Of a stretch of DNA of 64,000 nucleotides, positions 54,501 to 62,528 are shown piece after piece. The notes under the pieces were generated by a model that was not told the DNA's origin, searched no databases, and saw nothing but the letters and a program-made list of their open reading frames with translations. The stretch's first letter is position 1; the number at the start of each line of letters is the position of its first letter. The position numbers were made by a program, and so were the translations under genes. Source of the DNA: an uncultured candidatus Brocadiaceae bacterium (GTDB taxonomy: Bacteria > Planctomycetota > Brocadiia > SM23-32); the NCBI GenBank assembly GCA_964655775.1, contig CAZZNQ010000004.1, positions 7,822 through 71,821 of the forward strand, given 5' to 3'.

Positions 54501-54726
54501 CGCCGTCCGAGTGCTGCTCGTTGACCACGCCCACGGCGATCATGTCGTGGACGGCAAAAGCTTCCTTCATCTCATGATGGAAGACGCGCACCGGGTCCTG
54601 GCGGGAGAGCATGTTCTCCGGATCGGTGTCGATCTTGACCAGCGGCATGAAGGCCGCCAGAACCAGCGTTACGCAGACCACGGCGATTGCTACGACCCTG
54701 GGGTGCTCTACTGAGAACCTGACCAT
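51595..54726 (-). CDS. RND-superfamily exporter (MMPL/COG1033-like, two 6-TM bundles)
   Basis: 1043 aa. Two large periplasmic loops, each followed by a TM bundle, with duplicated sterol-sensing-like segments. There is a Pro/Glu/Gly insert in loop 1. Confidence 0.8.
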   Translation of the reverse strand: MVRFSVEHPRVVAIAVVCVTLVLAAFMPLVKIDTDPENMLSRQDPVRVFHHEMKEAFAVHDMIAVGVVNEQHSDGVFNPDSLRKVYRLTEFAKLLRGDGLKPGVAMRKLRDVEEADAQAKAQGAEPMHADDETSPPPLPTGSGPADGEPGLPQMGGGGEPGLPQMGGSSEEPPVPGAGDMEAPLPAEPAADTRQAEEGVVVIDLLAPSTVDRIEHRAGTVNFSYLMSKPLPETREECLAVRDGALNNPLLKGTVVSEDGKAICIYVPITAKDISYQVSQRLQEMTSELGGPEEYHITGLPVAEDTFGHEMFIQMAVSAPMAMVVIFILLFVFFRKPVLIVSPMIVALVSVIATMGLLIALGYTVHIMSSMIPIFIMPIAVLDAIHILSEFFDRYQATRDRKATVLKVMEELFVPMLYTSLTSAAGFASLALTPIPPVQVFGVFVAFGIMFAWLLTVTLIPAYIMFIPERRLEGFGVSHADEAPPTALTRMLHRVGDFTFRRGKLILGASALVVAAAVYGITQIRINDNPTKWFTYNHPIRVADRVLNSHFAGTYQAYLALTPQPGAESAQDVADALWTRIDEAEARFATQYPDDPQADVFAAARDLVESNAEKTESADVLLDAVTKAFDAQRGEATGLTAYAWEDVGTAVRSESLLLEQPLKRPEVLRYMEGLANSLTDPGLRGSETVVGKSNSVVDIVKKVHKELRGEEDAYSVPDSPGMVAECLFQFGNSHTPDDLWHFVTPEYNRANVWLQLKSGDNKDMERVIAQVDEYMVDHTPPVPIDHDWFGLTYINVAWQQKMVAGMLQAFMGSFLVVFILMTVLFHSALWGLLSMIPLTMTIAVIYGLIGLVGKDYDMPVAVLSSLTLGLAIDFAIHFLARTRNAVREYGSWDAASGHVFGEPARAISRNAIVVAVGFLPLLVAPLTPYKTVGFFMAGILGLAAVTTLLLLPALVNLLKGRLFAALKVQRVTCNCAACFAASIAAVALLAISFHQSGAGPNALTWMAVILIPLSVAVCGILCRRRACRIQAEQQAQEQQGKETQ

Positions 54727-54821
54727 GTCGGCCTCTCCACTATCTGCCTCTTGCCGGTGCCGGTTTAATGGTAGACATTCCTGTCATCCTTTGCCTCACT
54801 TGGCCACGCCGACCAGTATGT

Positions 54822-55031
54822 TTACCGAAGCGGGCAGGACCCGTCCGTGCACGTTGCGCAGGAGGCGCTTGCCGTGCGGCTCTCCTTGACCTTTCCGGAG
54901 AAGACGGACAGCAGCCTGGTCATCTTCTCGCTGCCGCAGTCGGGGCAGGCGTGCTCCCGCTTATCCGCGCTGGATTCCAGCACTTCGATTACGTTGCGAC
55001 ACTCTTCGCACTTGTACTCAAAGATAGGCAT
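54822..55031 (-). CDS. FmdB-family zinc-ribbon protein
   Basis: MPIFEYKCEEC...CPDCGS signature. Start at ATG 55031. Confidence 0.8.
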   Translation of the reverse strand: MPIFEYKCEECRNVIEVLESSADKREHACPDCGSEKMTRLLSVFSGKVKESRTASASCATCTDGSCPLR

Positions 55032-55042
55032 TGCAGGTTCCC

Positions 55043-55555
55043 TCATATGTTCTCGAGTTGTTCATCTTCCCATTCTTCCAGCAGTTGGCGGATCCATTCC
55101 TGGCAGCTCTTCTGACCGACACGCTCCTCAGCAAAGCATCGGAACCTCTCCAGCCAGCCCGTCTGCACGCGCGGATGGCGCTTGACGAAGGCCAGGAAGC
55201 AGACGATGCGCTTGAGTACTTCCTCGTCCATCGCGTGCTCGATCCGGCGCGCGTTGCTGTCGGCCAGTGGTTCGTCCACGTCGAGCACCTCCGACAGGAA
55301 CCGGCTCAGCACGGCGTGGCGTGCGTAGAGCCTCTCGCCCATCGCGCGGCCTTCGTCGGTCAGGTTAGCGGCCTCATACGGTTCGTAGAGAAGGAGGTCG
55401 TGCTCGGACAGGCTCCGCAGGGCGGCCGTCACCGTGGACTTATGGACGTCCAGTTCTGCGGCGATGTCTTTCGTTCGCGCCGCGCCCTTCTCCTCCTGCA
55501 GACGGTAGACCGTCTCCAGGTACTGGGCCATCTTCTGTGTGATCGTTTTGTCCAT
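55043..55555 (-). CDS. DtxR/MntR-family metal-dependent transcriptional repressor
   Basis: YLETVYRL...TKDIAAELDVHKSTVTAALRSL HTH and a dimerisation/metal-binding region. Start at ATG 55555. Confidence 0.85.
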   Translation of the reverse strand: MDKTITQKMAQYLETVYRLQEEKGAARTKDIAAELDVHKSTVTAALRSLSEHDLLLYEPYEAANLTDEGRAMGERLYARHAVLSRFLSEVLDVDEPLADSNARRIEHAMDEEVLKRIVCFLAFVKRHPRVQTGWLERFRCFAEERVGQKSCQEWIRQLLEEWEDEQLENI

Positions 55556-55568
55556 AGGCCGGATTAGT

Positions 55569-55581
55569 TTTGGTAACCAAA
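55569..55581. promoter_or_regulatory. Palindromic operator candidate TTTGGTAACCAAA
   Basis: 6-1-6 inverted repeat between the -10 element and the start codon of the DtxR-family gene. Confidence 0.5.
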
Positions 55582-55589
55582 CAATGTAT

Positions 55590-55618
55590 GATATATCAAA
55601 CTCACGTCGAGTTGTCAA
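55590..55618 (-). promoter_or_regulatory. Sigma-70-type promoter candidate of the DtxR-family gene
   Basis: The minus strand reads TTGACA-N17-TATATC. Confidence 0.5.
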
Positions 55619-55676
55619 GCTGTACTCGAGATTTTTCGGTGGAAAGGTAGATCTCGGCGTGACGCCGGTCAGCGGA

Positions 55677-56714
55677 TCAGCGATGCCTTAGGGCGAAGTG
55701 GCGTATCACGTCCAACATGAACTCAACCGGATCGTCGCACTCGGCAAGCAGCCGTCGGTGGGCATCCGCCGCCTTGCGTTTCATCCCGTCGTCGGCGAGC
55801 CATTCGCGGCTCCGCTCGGAGGCGTCGCGAACCGAGTGAACGGTCGTCACGTGGCCGTAGCGGCGCTCCATCTCGTCCAGATAGCCGCGCCGCGACTCCG
55901 GGCTCAGGTAGACGGCCGGCGTCCCCAGGCAGGCGGCCTCGGATGCCATGCTGCTGCCTTCGCCCACGTAGAGCCGCGCGAAGGCCAGCAGGTGGAGCAC
56001 GTGCTTGACCGGCACGGGATTGACGTATTCCTCAAGCTCCGGCGGCGGCGCCCCCTCAGCGCTGATGACCGGCCGCGCGCGTTCGGCCACCGCCTCCACA
56101 AGATCGATCATGTCCCGCTGCGTGTACCCCTTCACGCCCAGGTCGTGTATCGCCTGCCACTCCTTCAGCCGCAGCACGGCGTACGGCTCGTCCGGTTCCA
56201 CGCCGTGGGACCTGAGCAGATCCGGATCGGGCCGGAACCGGTTCGGGTGCGTATAGGCGAGGTGGGGCGGCGCGTCGTAGCGGATCTCCTTTCCCGGGAA
56301 GCTGCGCTCGTAGCCCATGCCGGTGCAGACGACCGTGGCGAAGGGCGCGGAGAGCGCGATCTGGAGGGAGGCGAACTCGGTGTCGTCGTAGCAGATCGTC
56401 GGCACGTTCAGCAATCGCCCGACCATGCCGATGCTGATGCCCGTTTTGGCCAGCATCACCTGCGGATGGAACTGCGCCGCCAGCTCCAGGAGCCGGCCCG
56501 TTCGCCAGGCAAGCTCCAGCCCCATTCCCGTCAGCCCCCTGCTGGTCTTGCTCAGGCGGTGATGGCGGATGCCCAACTGATCCAGCAGGGCCAGGGTCTC
56601 GTCCTTGTCGCGCGAGGTCACCAGCACCCGGTGGCCCTCGCCCAACAGAATGCGGATGGCATCCTTGAACAGCAGCACCTGGGCGGGATGTTTCAGGTCG
56701 AACAGCACGCGCAT
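55677..56714 (-). CDS. DUF354 domain protein (GT-B glycosyltransferase-like)
   Basis: MRVLFDLKHPAQVLLFKDAIRILLGEGHRVLVTSRDKDETLALLDQLGI matches the DUF354 N-terminus. Start at ATG 56714, not 57098. Confidence 0.7.
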   Translation of the reverse strand: MRVLFDLKHPAQVLLFKDAIRILLGEGHRVLVTSRDKDETLALLDQLGIRHHRLSKTSRGLTGMGLELAWRTGRLLELAAQFHPQVMLAKTGISIGMVGRLLNVPTICYDDTEFASLQIALSAPFATVVCTGMGYERSFPGKEIRYDAPPHLAYTHPNRFRPDPDLLRSHGVEPDEPYAVLRLKEWQAIHDLGVKGYTQRDMIDLVEAVAERARPVISAEGAPPPELEEYVNPVPVKHVLHLLAFARLYVGEGSSMASEAACLGTPAVYLSPESRRGYLDEMERRYGHVTTVHSVRDASERSREWLADDGMKRKAADAHRRLLAECDDPVEFMLDVIRHFALRHR

Positions 56715-56819
56715 GGGAGTTGGGTCCGTCACTGTGGCGGCACCTTCGAATGGGGCAGCGGGCATTCTGACCGAAAGCGCAGGCGCGTTCAACCGCCGCC
56801 CGGCCGGGGCGTGCCGCCG

Positions 56820-56849
56820 TTGTGGCGGCCCGAAATGGTGGGCTATAAT
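56820..56849 (+). promoter_or_regulatory. Sigma-70-type promoter candidate
   Basis: TTGTGG-N18-TATAAT, upstream of the 56930 gene. Confidence 0.45.
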
Positions 56850-56929
56850 GCCGCATCCTTCGGTGCGGCCCGTGCTGCGGCCGCGTCGTCGCACGCTTCC
56901 AACGCTCCTGCTAGGCGCCGACTGGGCCA

Positions 56930-57892
56930 ATGAAACGCCGCACGCTTGCCAGCATGCTTCTCCTTGCGGTGGTGCTCGTCGTGGGAGCGGCGTTCGTCTA
57001 CTACAAGCGTGACCGCTTCGCCGTGCTGCTGACGGTGCCCCTTTCCGGCATCGTCGCCCTGGTGGGCATACGGCTGATCGGGCGAGGCATCGAGGCATTC
57101 ACCATGCGGCGCATGCTGCGCGGGATGGGTGCAGACATGGCCCCGATGGAGAGCCACCTGATCGCCTGGGCGGCACTGTACTGGAATCACATGCCCATGC
57201 GGGCGGGAACGGGCGCGCTGGCGCTCTACATGAAACGCCGCCACGGCCTGGCCTACAGCCGGTTCGTGGTGTTCGTGATCGCAATGCAGCTTGTGCGCAT
57301 TCTGGGCCTGGGCCTGCTGGGAATCGGTGCGTGCGTGTGGATAGCCGCCACCGGGCACCTTCCCCTCTGGATGCCGCTGCTTTTCGGGGCCGTGGTGGCC
57401 GGTTCCGTAGCCGCAATGCTCGTCCCGGTGAGCTGGCGCTATGAGGGGGACCGGTTCCTCTTGCGCGCGCTCTCGCAGATCAGCCATGCCTGGGACGCAA
57501 TGCGCGGCCGGTTGCCGCTGTTGGTCCGCATCGGAGCCTGGAAGATGGTGCAGGCCACGGTGGTCAGCGCGGGGACGTTCGTGAGCTTCCGGCTGGTGGG
57601 CCTGCAACTCAGCTACCCCCAGTCCGTGGTGGTGTTGCTCGTGCAGAGCTTCGCGACGCTGGTCTCGATTGTGCCGGCCGGGCTCGGCGTGAACGAGGCG
57701 CTGGCCGGCGCAGTGGGCGCGGCGTTCGGATTCGCCTTTGCTGACGGCGTGGTTGCGAACACACTGTTCCGCGCGGTCACGCTCCTGCTGGTGCTGACGC
57801 TGGGTCCGCTGGCCTCGCACCGCATTCTGTTGCATTTCCTGCCGTCCGGCACCGACGGAGACGGGCCCGACGGCGAAGACGATCCCGAGTAG
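56930..57892 (+). CDS. Flippase-like (UPF0104 / LPG-synthase TM-domain-like) membrane protein
   Basis: ~8 TM helices and 320 aa. Overall pattern of the UPF0104 family. Weak, motif-level call. Confidence 0.45.
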   Translation: MKRRTLASMLLLAVVLVVGAAFVYYKRDRFAVLLTVPLSGIVALVGIRLIGRGIEAFTMRRMLRGMGADMAPMESHLIAWAALYWNHMPMRAGTGALALYMKRRHGLAYSRFVVFVIAMQLVRILGLGLLGIGACVWIAATGHLPLWMPLLFGAVVAGSVAAMLVPVSWRYEGDRFLLRALSQISHAWDAMRGRLPLLVRIGAWKMVQATVVSAGTFVSFRLVGLQLSYPQSVVVLLVQSFATLVSIVPAGLGVNEALAGAVGAAFGFAFADGVVANTLFRAVTLLLVLTLGPLASHRILLHFLPSGTDGDGPDGEDDPE

Positions 57893-57907
57893 GGAGGGAG
57901 AAGCCGG

Positions 57908-59566
57908 ATGCTTACCGAGAGCGACACTCAATGGGTCGAGGACACGTTGGCCGGGATGACGGTGCGCGAGAAGATCGCCCAGACGCTCATACCTCGCATG
58001 ACGCGCAACAGCGTCGGCGCGCAGAGCGCGGGGGAGTGGGTCGAGAAGTACCAGATGGGCGGCTGCCACATATTCGGCGGGGCGATGGAATCGACCCGCA
58101 AGCTGGTGAAGGAGGCCCAATCCGGCGCGAAGATACCGCTCCTCATAACCGGTGACTTGGAGCGCGGCGTCGGACAGAGGGTGGACGGTTCGACCGAGTT
58201 CGCGGGTCAGCTTGCTCTGGGCGCCTGCGGAGACGAGGAACTCGCTTACCGGATGGGCGAGGCGATTGGCGTGGAAGGCCGTGCCTACGGCTTCAACTGG
58301 GTGTTCGGCCCGGTCGTCGACCTCTCCATCAACCCGCGCAACCTGAGCCACATACGCACGCTGGGCGGCGACCCAGAGACGGTTGCCCGGCTCTGCAGTG
58401 CGGTGATCCAAGGCATACAGGACAACGGCATGGCCGCCACCGCCAAGCACTTTCCCGGCGCCGGCGTGCACGACCTGGACTCGCACCTGACCACGCCCGT
58501 CAACCGGCTCTCCAAGGAGGAGTGGTACAGGCTCAGCGCGGTGCCGTTCAAGGCGGCGATCAACGCGGGCGTCTGGACGATCATGAACTCGCCGACCGCA
58601 TGCCCCGCGATCGACCCCGAGGCGGGGGATCCGCTCTTCCCGCGCCCGATCATGGTGAGCAGGTCCGCTCTGATGGGCATTCTGCGTGAGGAGATGGGGT
58701 TCGAGGGGCTGATGGTGACCGACGCAGTGACCATGGCCGGCCTGACCATGCACGAACGCCGACTGCCGATGCACCTGGCCTGCCTGAATGCAGGCAACGA
58801 CGCGCTGCTCTTCGTGCGGCGGCTGGACAACCTGATCGACTACCTGGAGCGCTGCCTGGACGACGGCAGTCTCGCCGAGGAACGCCTGGATAGCGCCGTG
58901 CGCAACGTGCTGACGCTCAAAGCGAAGGTCGGGTTGCACAAGAGCCCGCCGCTCAGCTCCGACGAGGACGCCCGGGCCGTTCTCGCGTCCTCGCCCTACG
59001 GCGCCGACGCCGAGCGACTGTCGGAGAAGTCCATCACGCTCATTCGCGATAGCAAGAAGGTGCTCCCCCTGAAGGCGAAGCCCGGCACCCGCATCCTTAG
59101 CGTGCTGATCACGAACCGTCCCGACTTCACCACCGACGTGATGGACGCTGCGCTGCGGGAGGCCGGCTGCGAGGCGGACAGCCACAAGAACCCGGAGCAG
59201 GAGACGCTCTACGACCGCATCGAAGACGGAGAGTGGGACGCCATCATCGTGAGCCTCTACTACCCGCCGCAGTGGGGATGGTCCACGCCGCGCTGCCACG
59301 GGCCGGAGTCGCGCTGCATGATGGACGGCTTCCCCTTCGCGAACCCCGACGTGCCGGCGATCTTCATCAGCTTCGCCAACCCTTATCACCTTTACGAGTT
59401 CGCCTTCATGGACCCCTACATCAACACCTACGGTGGGGCCGCGGGCACGCAGAAGGCCACGGCGCGGGCGATCCTGGGTGAGATTCCATTCCTTGGCAGG
59501 TCGCCGGTTGCGCAGCCGCCGTTCTTCGAGCTGGGCGACGGCATCGTCACCGGCGACGGCGATTAG
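57908..59566 (+). CDS. Glycoside hydrolase family 3 (NagZ / beta-hexosaminidase-like)
   Basis: KHFPGAGVHDLDSH and GLMVTDAVTMAG (nucleophile Asp region). Confidence 0.85.
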   Translation: MLTESDTQWVEDTLAGMTVREKIAQTLIPRMTRNSVGAQSAGEWVEKYQMGGCHIFGGAMESTRKLVKEAQSGAKIPLLITGDLERGVGQRVDGSTEFAGQLALGACGDEELAYRMGEAIGVEGRAYGFNWVFGPVVDLSINPRNLSHIRTLGGDPETVARLCSAVIQGIQDNGMAATAKHFPGAGVHDLDSHLTTPVNRLSKEEWYRLSAVPFKAAINAGVWTIMNSPTACPAIDPEAGDPLFPRPIMVSRSALMGILREEMGFEGLMVTDAVTMAGLTMHERRLPMHLACLNAGNDALLFVRRLDNLIDYLERCLDDGSLAEERLDSAVRNVLTLKAKVGLHKSPPLSSDEDARAVLASSPYGADAERLSEKSITLIRDSKKVLPLKAKPGTRILSVLITNRPDFTTDVMDAALREAGCEADSHKNPEQETLYDRIEDGEWDAIIVSLYYPPQWGWSTPRCHGPESRCMMDGFPFANPDVPAIFISFANPYHLYEFAFMDPYINTYGGAAGTQKATARAILGEIPFLGRSPVAQPPFFELGDGIVTGDGD

Positions 59567-59611
59567 GACCGGTTTGGTTGCCCGCATTCCGCGACGCTGA
59601 GGAAAGGAGAT

Positions 59612-60859
59612 GTGCGCTTGAGGATCGGGCTGAAACACATCGGCACCACGGCCCTGGTCAGTGCCATCATGATCGGGCCGGGCACCATCTCGTCCGTCCT
59701 GAACGCTGGCTCCCTGTACGGGGTCCGGCTGCTGTGGGCGGTCCTGCTCTCCGCGATCGTGCTGACCACGGTCGCCTATCTCGTCGGGAAGGTCACCATC
59801 GTGACCGGCCTGACCACGTTCGAACTGATGGACCGCCACGTCCTGCGCGGGCTCGGCAAGGTGGTTGCGTACGTTCAGGTGCCGACGCACGTGGCCGTCA
59901 TCACCGCCGCCGCGGCCACGCTCGCCCACGTCGGCGGCATGATCTTCCACGTGTCCAACCAGTTGGTGATTCTGTCGCTGCTGGCGGCCGTTTCGCTGGC
60001 GTTGTGGATATGGGCGGGCGGCTTCCGCTGGCTTCGGCGACTGACCACGGGGCTGGTTCTGGCGATGGCGGCGGTGTTCGCTGCACTGGTCGTCTCGATG
60101 CGGTGGGACCCCGGCGCCGTGGCGCAGGGCCTTGTGCCGAGCCTTCCCGGAGGCGGTTCCGAAGGGCTGCTGGTGACGATGGGCATCGTGGGCGGCGCGT
60201 CCGGTAGCGCCGTGCTGCTGATACTCCCGTACCAGGTGAAGGCGAGCCGCCTGGGCACGGCCGATATCCGCCGGCTGGCATGGGACGCGGTCATCTTCAT
60301 GGGCGTGGCTTTCGGCGTGGTTTCCCTGGCCGTCATGGGCGTCGGCGCGGCCATCTCCCAGGGGGAGGGCATCCGCAATGCCACCCGGGCCTTCGGGCTT
60401 CTGGCCACGCATTGGAACCCGGCGGTGGGCTGGATCTTCCTGCTGGGCCTGTTCGCGGCCGTGTGGACCAGCGCCTGCGGTCCGTGCTACACCCCGCCGC
60501 TGCTGCTGGCCGACGTAATGGATTGGCGCGGGCCCGACGGCGCGCGAATCGTGGAGGCCGATCCGCACAAGGACACGCGCTTCCGCGTCGTCGCCTCGCT
60601 CACCATGTTGTCCTGGCTGCTCTGCCCGGTGGTCGCCCGGTGGATGGAGCCATTCCACCTGCTGATGCTCTCGCTGGGCGTGCTCAATCTGTCCGTGCCG
60701 CTGCTCGTAGGTGTCTTCGTCTACGCCGGGTCTTCGCGCCGCATCATGGGCGAGCACACGGTTGGCTGGCCGGTGCGCGCCCTGGGCTCGCTGGCGTTCG
60801 TGTTCTCGTGGTGGGGAGTGGTGAACTTCGTCCGCTTCCTGGTGGGGTTTCTCATTTAG
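59612..60859 (+). CDS. Nramp-fold transporter with non-canonical metal-site residues
   Basis: IGPGTISSVLNAGSLYGVRLLWAVLLSAIV aligns with the Nramp TM1 region (canonical DPGN). Start is GTG 59612 or TTG 59618. Confidence 0.6.
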   Translation: MRLRIGLKHIGTTALVSAIMIGPGTISSVLNAGSLYGVRLLWAVLLSAIVLTTVAYLVGKVTIVTGLTTFELMDRHVLRGLGKVVAYVQVPTHVAVITAAAATLAHVGGMIFHVSNQLVILSLLAAVSLALWIWAGGFRWLRRLTTGLVLAMAAVFAALVVSMRWDPGAVAQGLVPSLPGGGSEGLLVTMGIVGGASGSAVLLILPYQVKASRLGTADIRRLAWDAVIFMGVAFGVVSLAVMGVGAAISQGEGIRNATRAFGLLATHWNPAVGWIFLLGLFAAVWTSACGPCYTPPLLLADVMDWRGPDGARIVEADPHKDTRFRVVASLTMLSWLLCPVVARWMEPFHLLMLSLGVLNLSVPLLVGVFVYAGSSRRIMGEHTVGWPVRALGSLAFVFSWWGVVNFVRFLVGFLI

Positions 60860-60863
60860 GCCG

Positions 60864-62528
60864 TCAGGCGTCGGTCCGGTCGGGGGCCTCGACCAGGACG
60901 TGTATCGGGTGGACCTTGCCGGCTGCAGTGGAGTAGGGCGGGCGCCGCACCACGTGGATCGTGTTTGACTGCGAAAGCACCGCGCCCATCGTCACGTGCC
61001 GTTCCATCAGGTGCTCGATGAACGCATGGCGGACGGCCGATTCCTCGATGTGTCCCAGCGCCGGATCAACCAGGAGCGTGATCCGCGCCGTCTTCTCGGC
61101 ATGTTCCACCACCTGGTAGTGGCCCGGATCGCCGCCGAACCGCTCAGGGAGCACACGGTCCACCAGTTCCACCAGCTCACGCTCGGAGATCGTCATACCT
61201 TCGGCCGTGATGCGCCGCACGCTCCGGACGTCCGACACCATCGTCTTCAGGCCCGCCTTGCCCAGCTCGCAGGCGCAGTCGCGCTCCGAGAAGGAGACCA
61301 TGTCGCCCATCTCCAGGTTGATGACCGCCGTCGGGCACGAACCGAGCAGGGGCGTGAAGTAGGCCAGTCCGTCCCGTCCGCCGGGGCGCGTCGGGCATCC
61401 GGTCACCGCCGCGATGCTGTCCGTCCAGAGATGCATTTCGTCGGCCGCGCTCGTGCACCACGGGCAGCCCGCCGCCACAATCCCCACTTCGCTGATCCAG
61501 TATATCTGGCTCACCGACGCGCCGGACGCCTCAATGGCGCGTCGTCGTTCGAGAGTGAGCGGCTCGCTGGACGTGATGAACGTTACCTTGTCGAGCGAGA
61601 TCCCGGCAGATGCCGCCGCCCGGGCGGTGCGCAGGGCGGAGCTGACGTAGGTGTTGACGGTGCAACGGCCGTGCCGAGCCGCCAGCCGAGCCGCCGCGCG
61701 CACCACACGGCCCGCGTTCTCCATCGGGACCAATTCGGGGGCCGGGAGCGGTCGGCCGAACATGCGGCCAAGGAAGAGGGTTCCGTACGTCATCAGCCAC
61801 TGGAGTGGGGTCGTCCTCCGCGTCTGGGCGAACCAGTGCCGCGGGGCCAGGTCCATCGTCGCGTACCGCAGCGAGTTCAACAGACCCGACGGCACCGGCG
61901 GCAGGGGGAACCAGACGATCAGCGGGCCGTGGTCGGTGCCGTTGACGTGCAGGCACAGCCCCAGATTGATCCCCGCCTCATCCAGATGGTCCAATCCCAT
62001 GGGCAGCCGGGATGGCTTCGATTGGGACCCGCCCGTGTCGACCCCGAACGCACGTCCCGCGCGTGGATTCAGGACGTCCGCCTTTGTGAACTCGATGACC
62101 CGTCCGAAGCGCTCCAGGGGGCGGTGCCCCTTGAACTCGTCCAGCGAGAGGTAGACGCCGGCCTCCATCAGATCCGTAAGGGTTCGTTCGATCCCCTTTG
62201 CGGCCACGTTTCGTTCAATGTCGCCGAGCGAGATACCGGCGTGCCGGAGCAGGCGCGCGCACGGGTTGCGGGGATTGGCCAGCACGCCGTGCCGAACGGC
62301 CGACAGGAAGTTCGCCTCCCGGTTACCGACCCGGAGGGAGAGCTCCGCAAGGCAATCCCTGAAACTCGTATGCCGACGCAAAAAGTCGCGCAGGCCCGCC
62401 ACGTTGCGGACGGCGTCCAGGGAGAAGAGCGCGCCTACTCCTGCCGGGCCGTCGGCTCGCGGCGAGCGTCTCGGTCGGAAGAACAATGGCAGACCTTTCG
62501 GCGAAGAGGGGGTGCCGCGGCGGCGCAA
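60864..62528 (-). CDS. Adenylate-forming enzyme, PaaK / F390-synthetase-like (ANL superfamily)
   Basis: DTGGSQSKPSRL (P-loop-like), IYWISEVG (YGxTE-like) and GDMVSFSERDCACELG. Start uncertain. Confidence 0.5.
   Translation of the reverse strand: MRRRGTPSSPKGLPLFFRPRRSPRADGPAGVGALFSLDAVRNVAGLRDFLRRHTSFRDCLAELSLRVGNREANFLSAVRHGVLANPRNPCARLLRHAGISLGDIERNVAAKGIERTLTDLMEAGVYLSLDEFKGHRPLERFGRVIEFTKADVLNPRAGRAFGVDTGGSQSKPSRLPMGLDHLDEAGINLGLCLHVNGTDHGPLIVWFPLPPVPSGLLNSLRYATMDLAPRHWFAQTRRTTPLQWLMTYGTLFLGRMFGRPLPAPELVPMENAGRVVRAAARLAARHGRCTVNTYVSSALRTARAAASAGISLDKVTFITSSEPLTLERRRAIEASGASVSQIYWISEVGIVAAGCPWCTSAADEMHLWTDSIAAVTGCPTRPGGRDGLAYFTPLLGSCPTAVINLEMGDMVSFSERDCACELGKAGLKTMVSDVRSVRRITAEGMTISERELVELVDRVLPERFGGDPGHYQVVEHAEKTARITLLVDPALGHIEESAVRHAFIEHLMERHVTMGAVLSQSNTIHVVRRPPYSTAAGKVHPIHVLVEAPDRTDA

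Noticed and set aside
56715-57098. Upstream extension of the DUF354 ORF (473-aa version)
   Set aside because: The DUF354 homology starts at MRVLFDL (ATG 56714). The extension covers the divergent promoter region and the start of the 56930 gene.
56843-60757. 1304-aa ORF on the minus strand
   Set aside because: It is antisense to the flippase-like, GH3 and Nramp-fold genes. Its composition is junk-like (runs of H, R, G, A, P) with no motifs.
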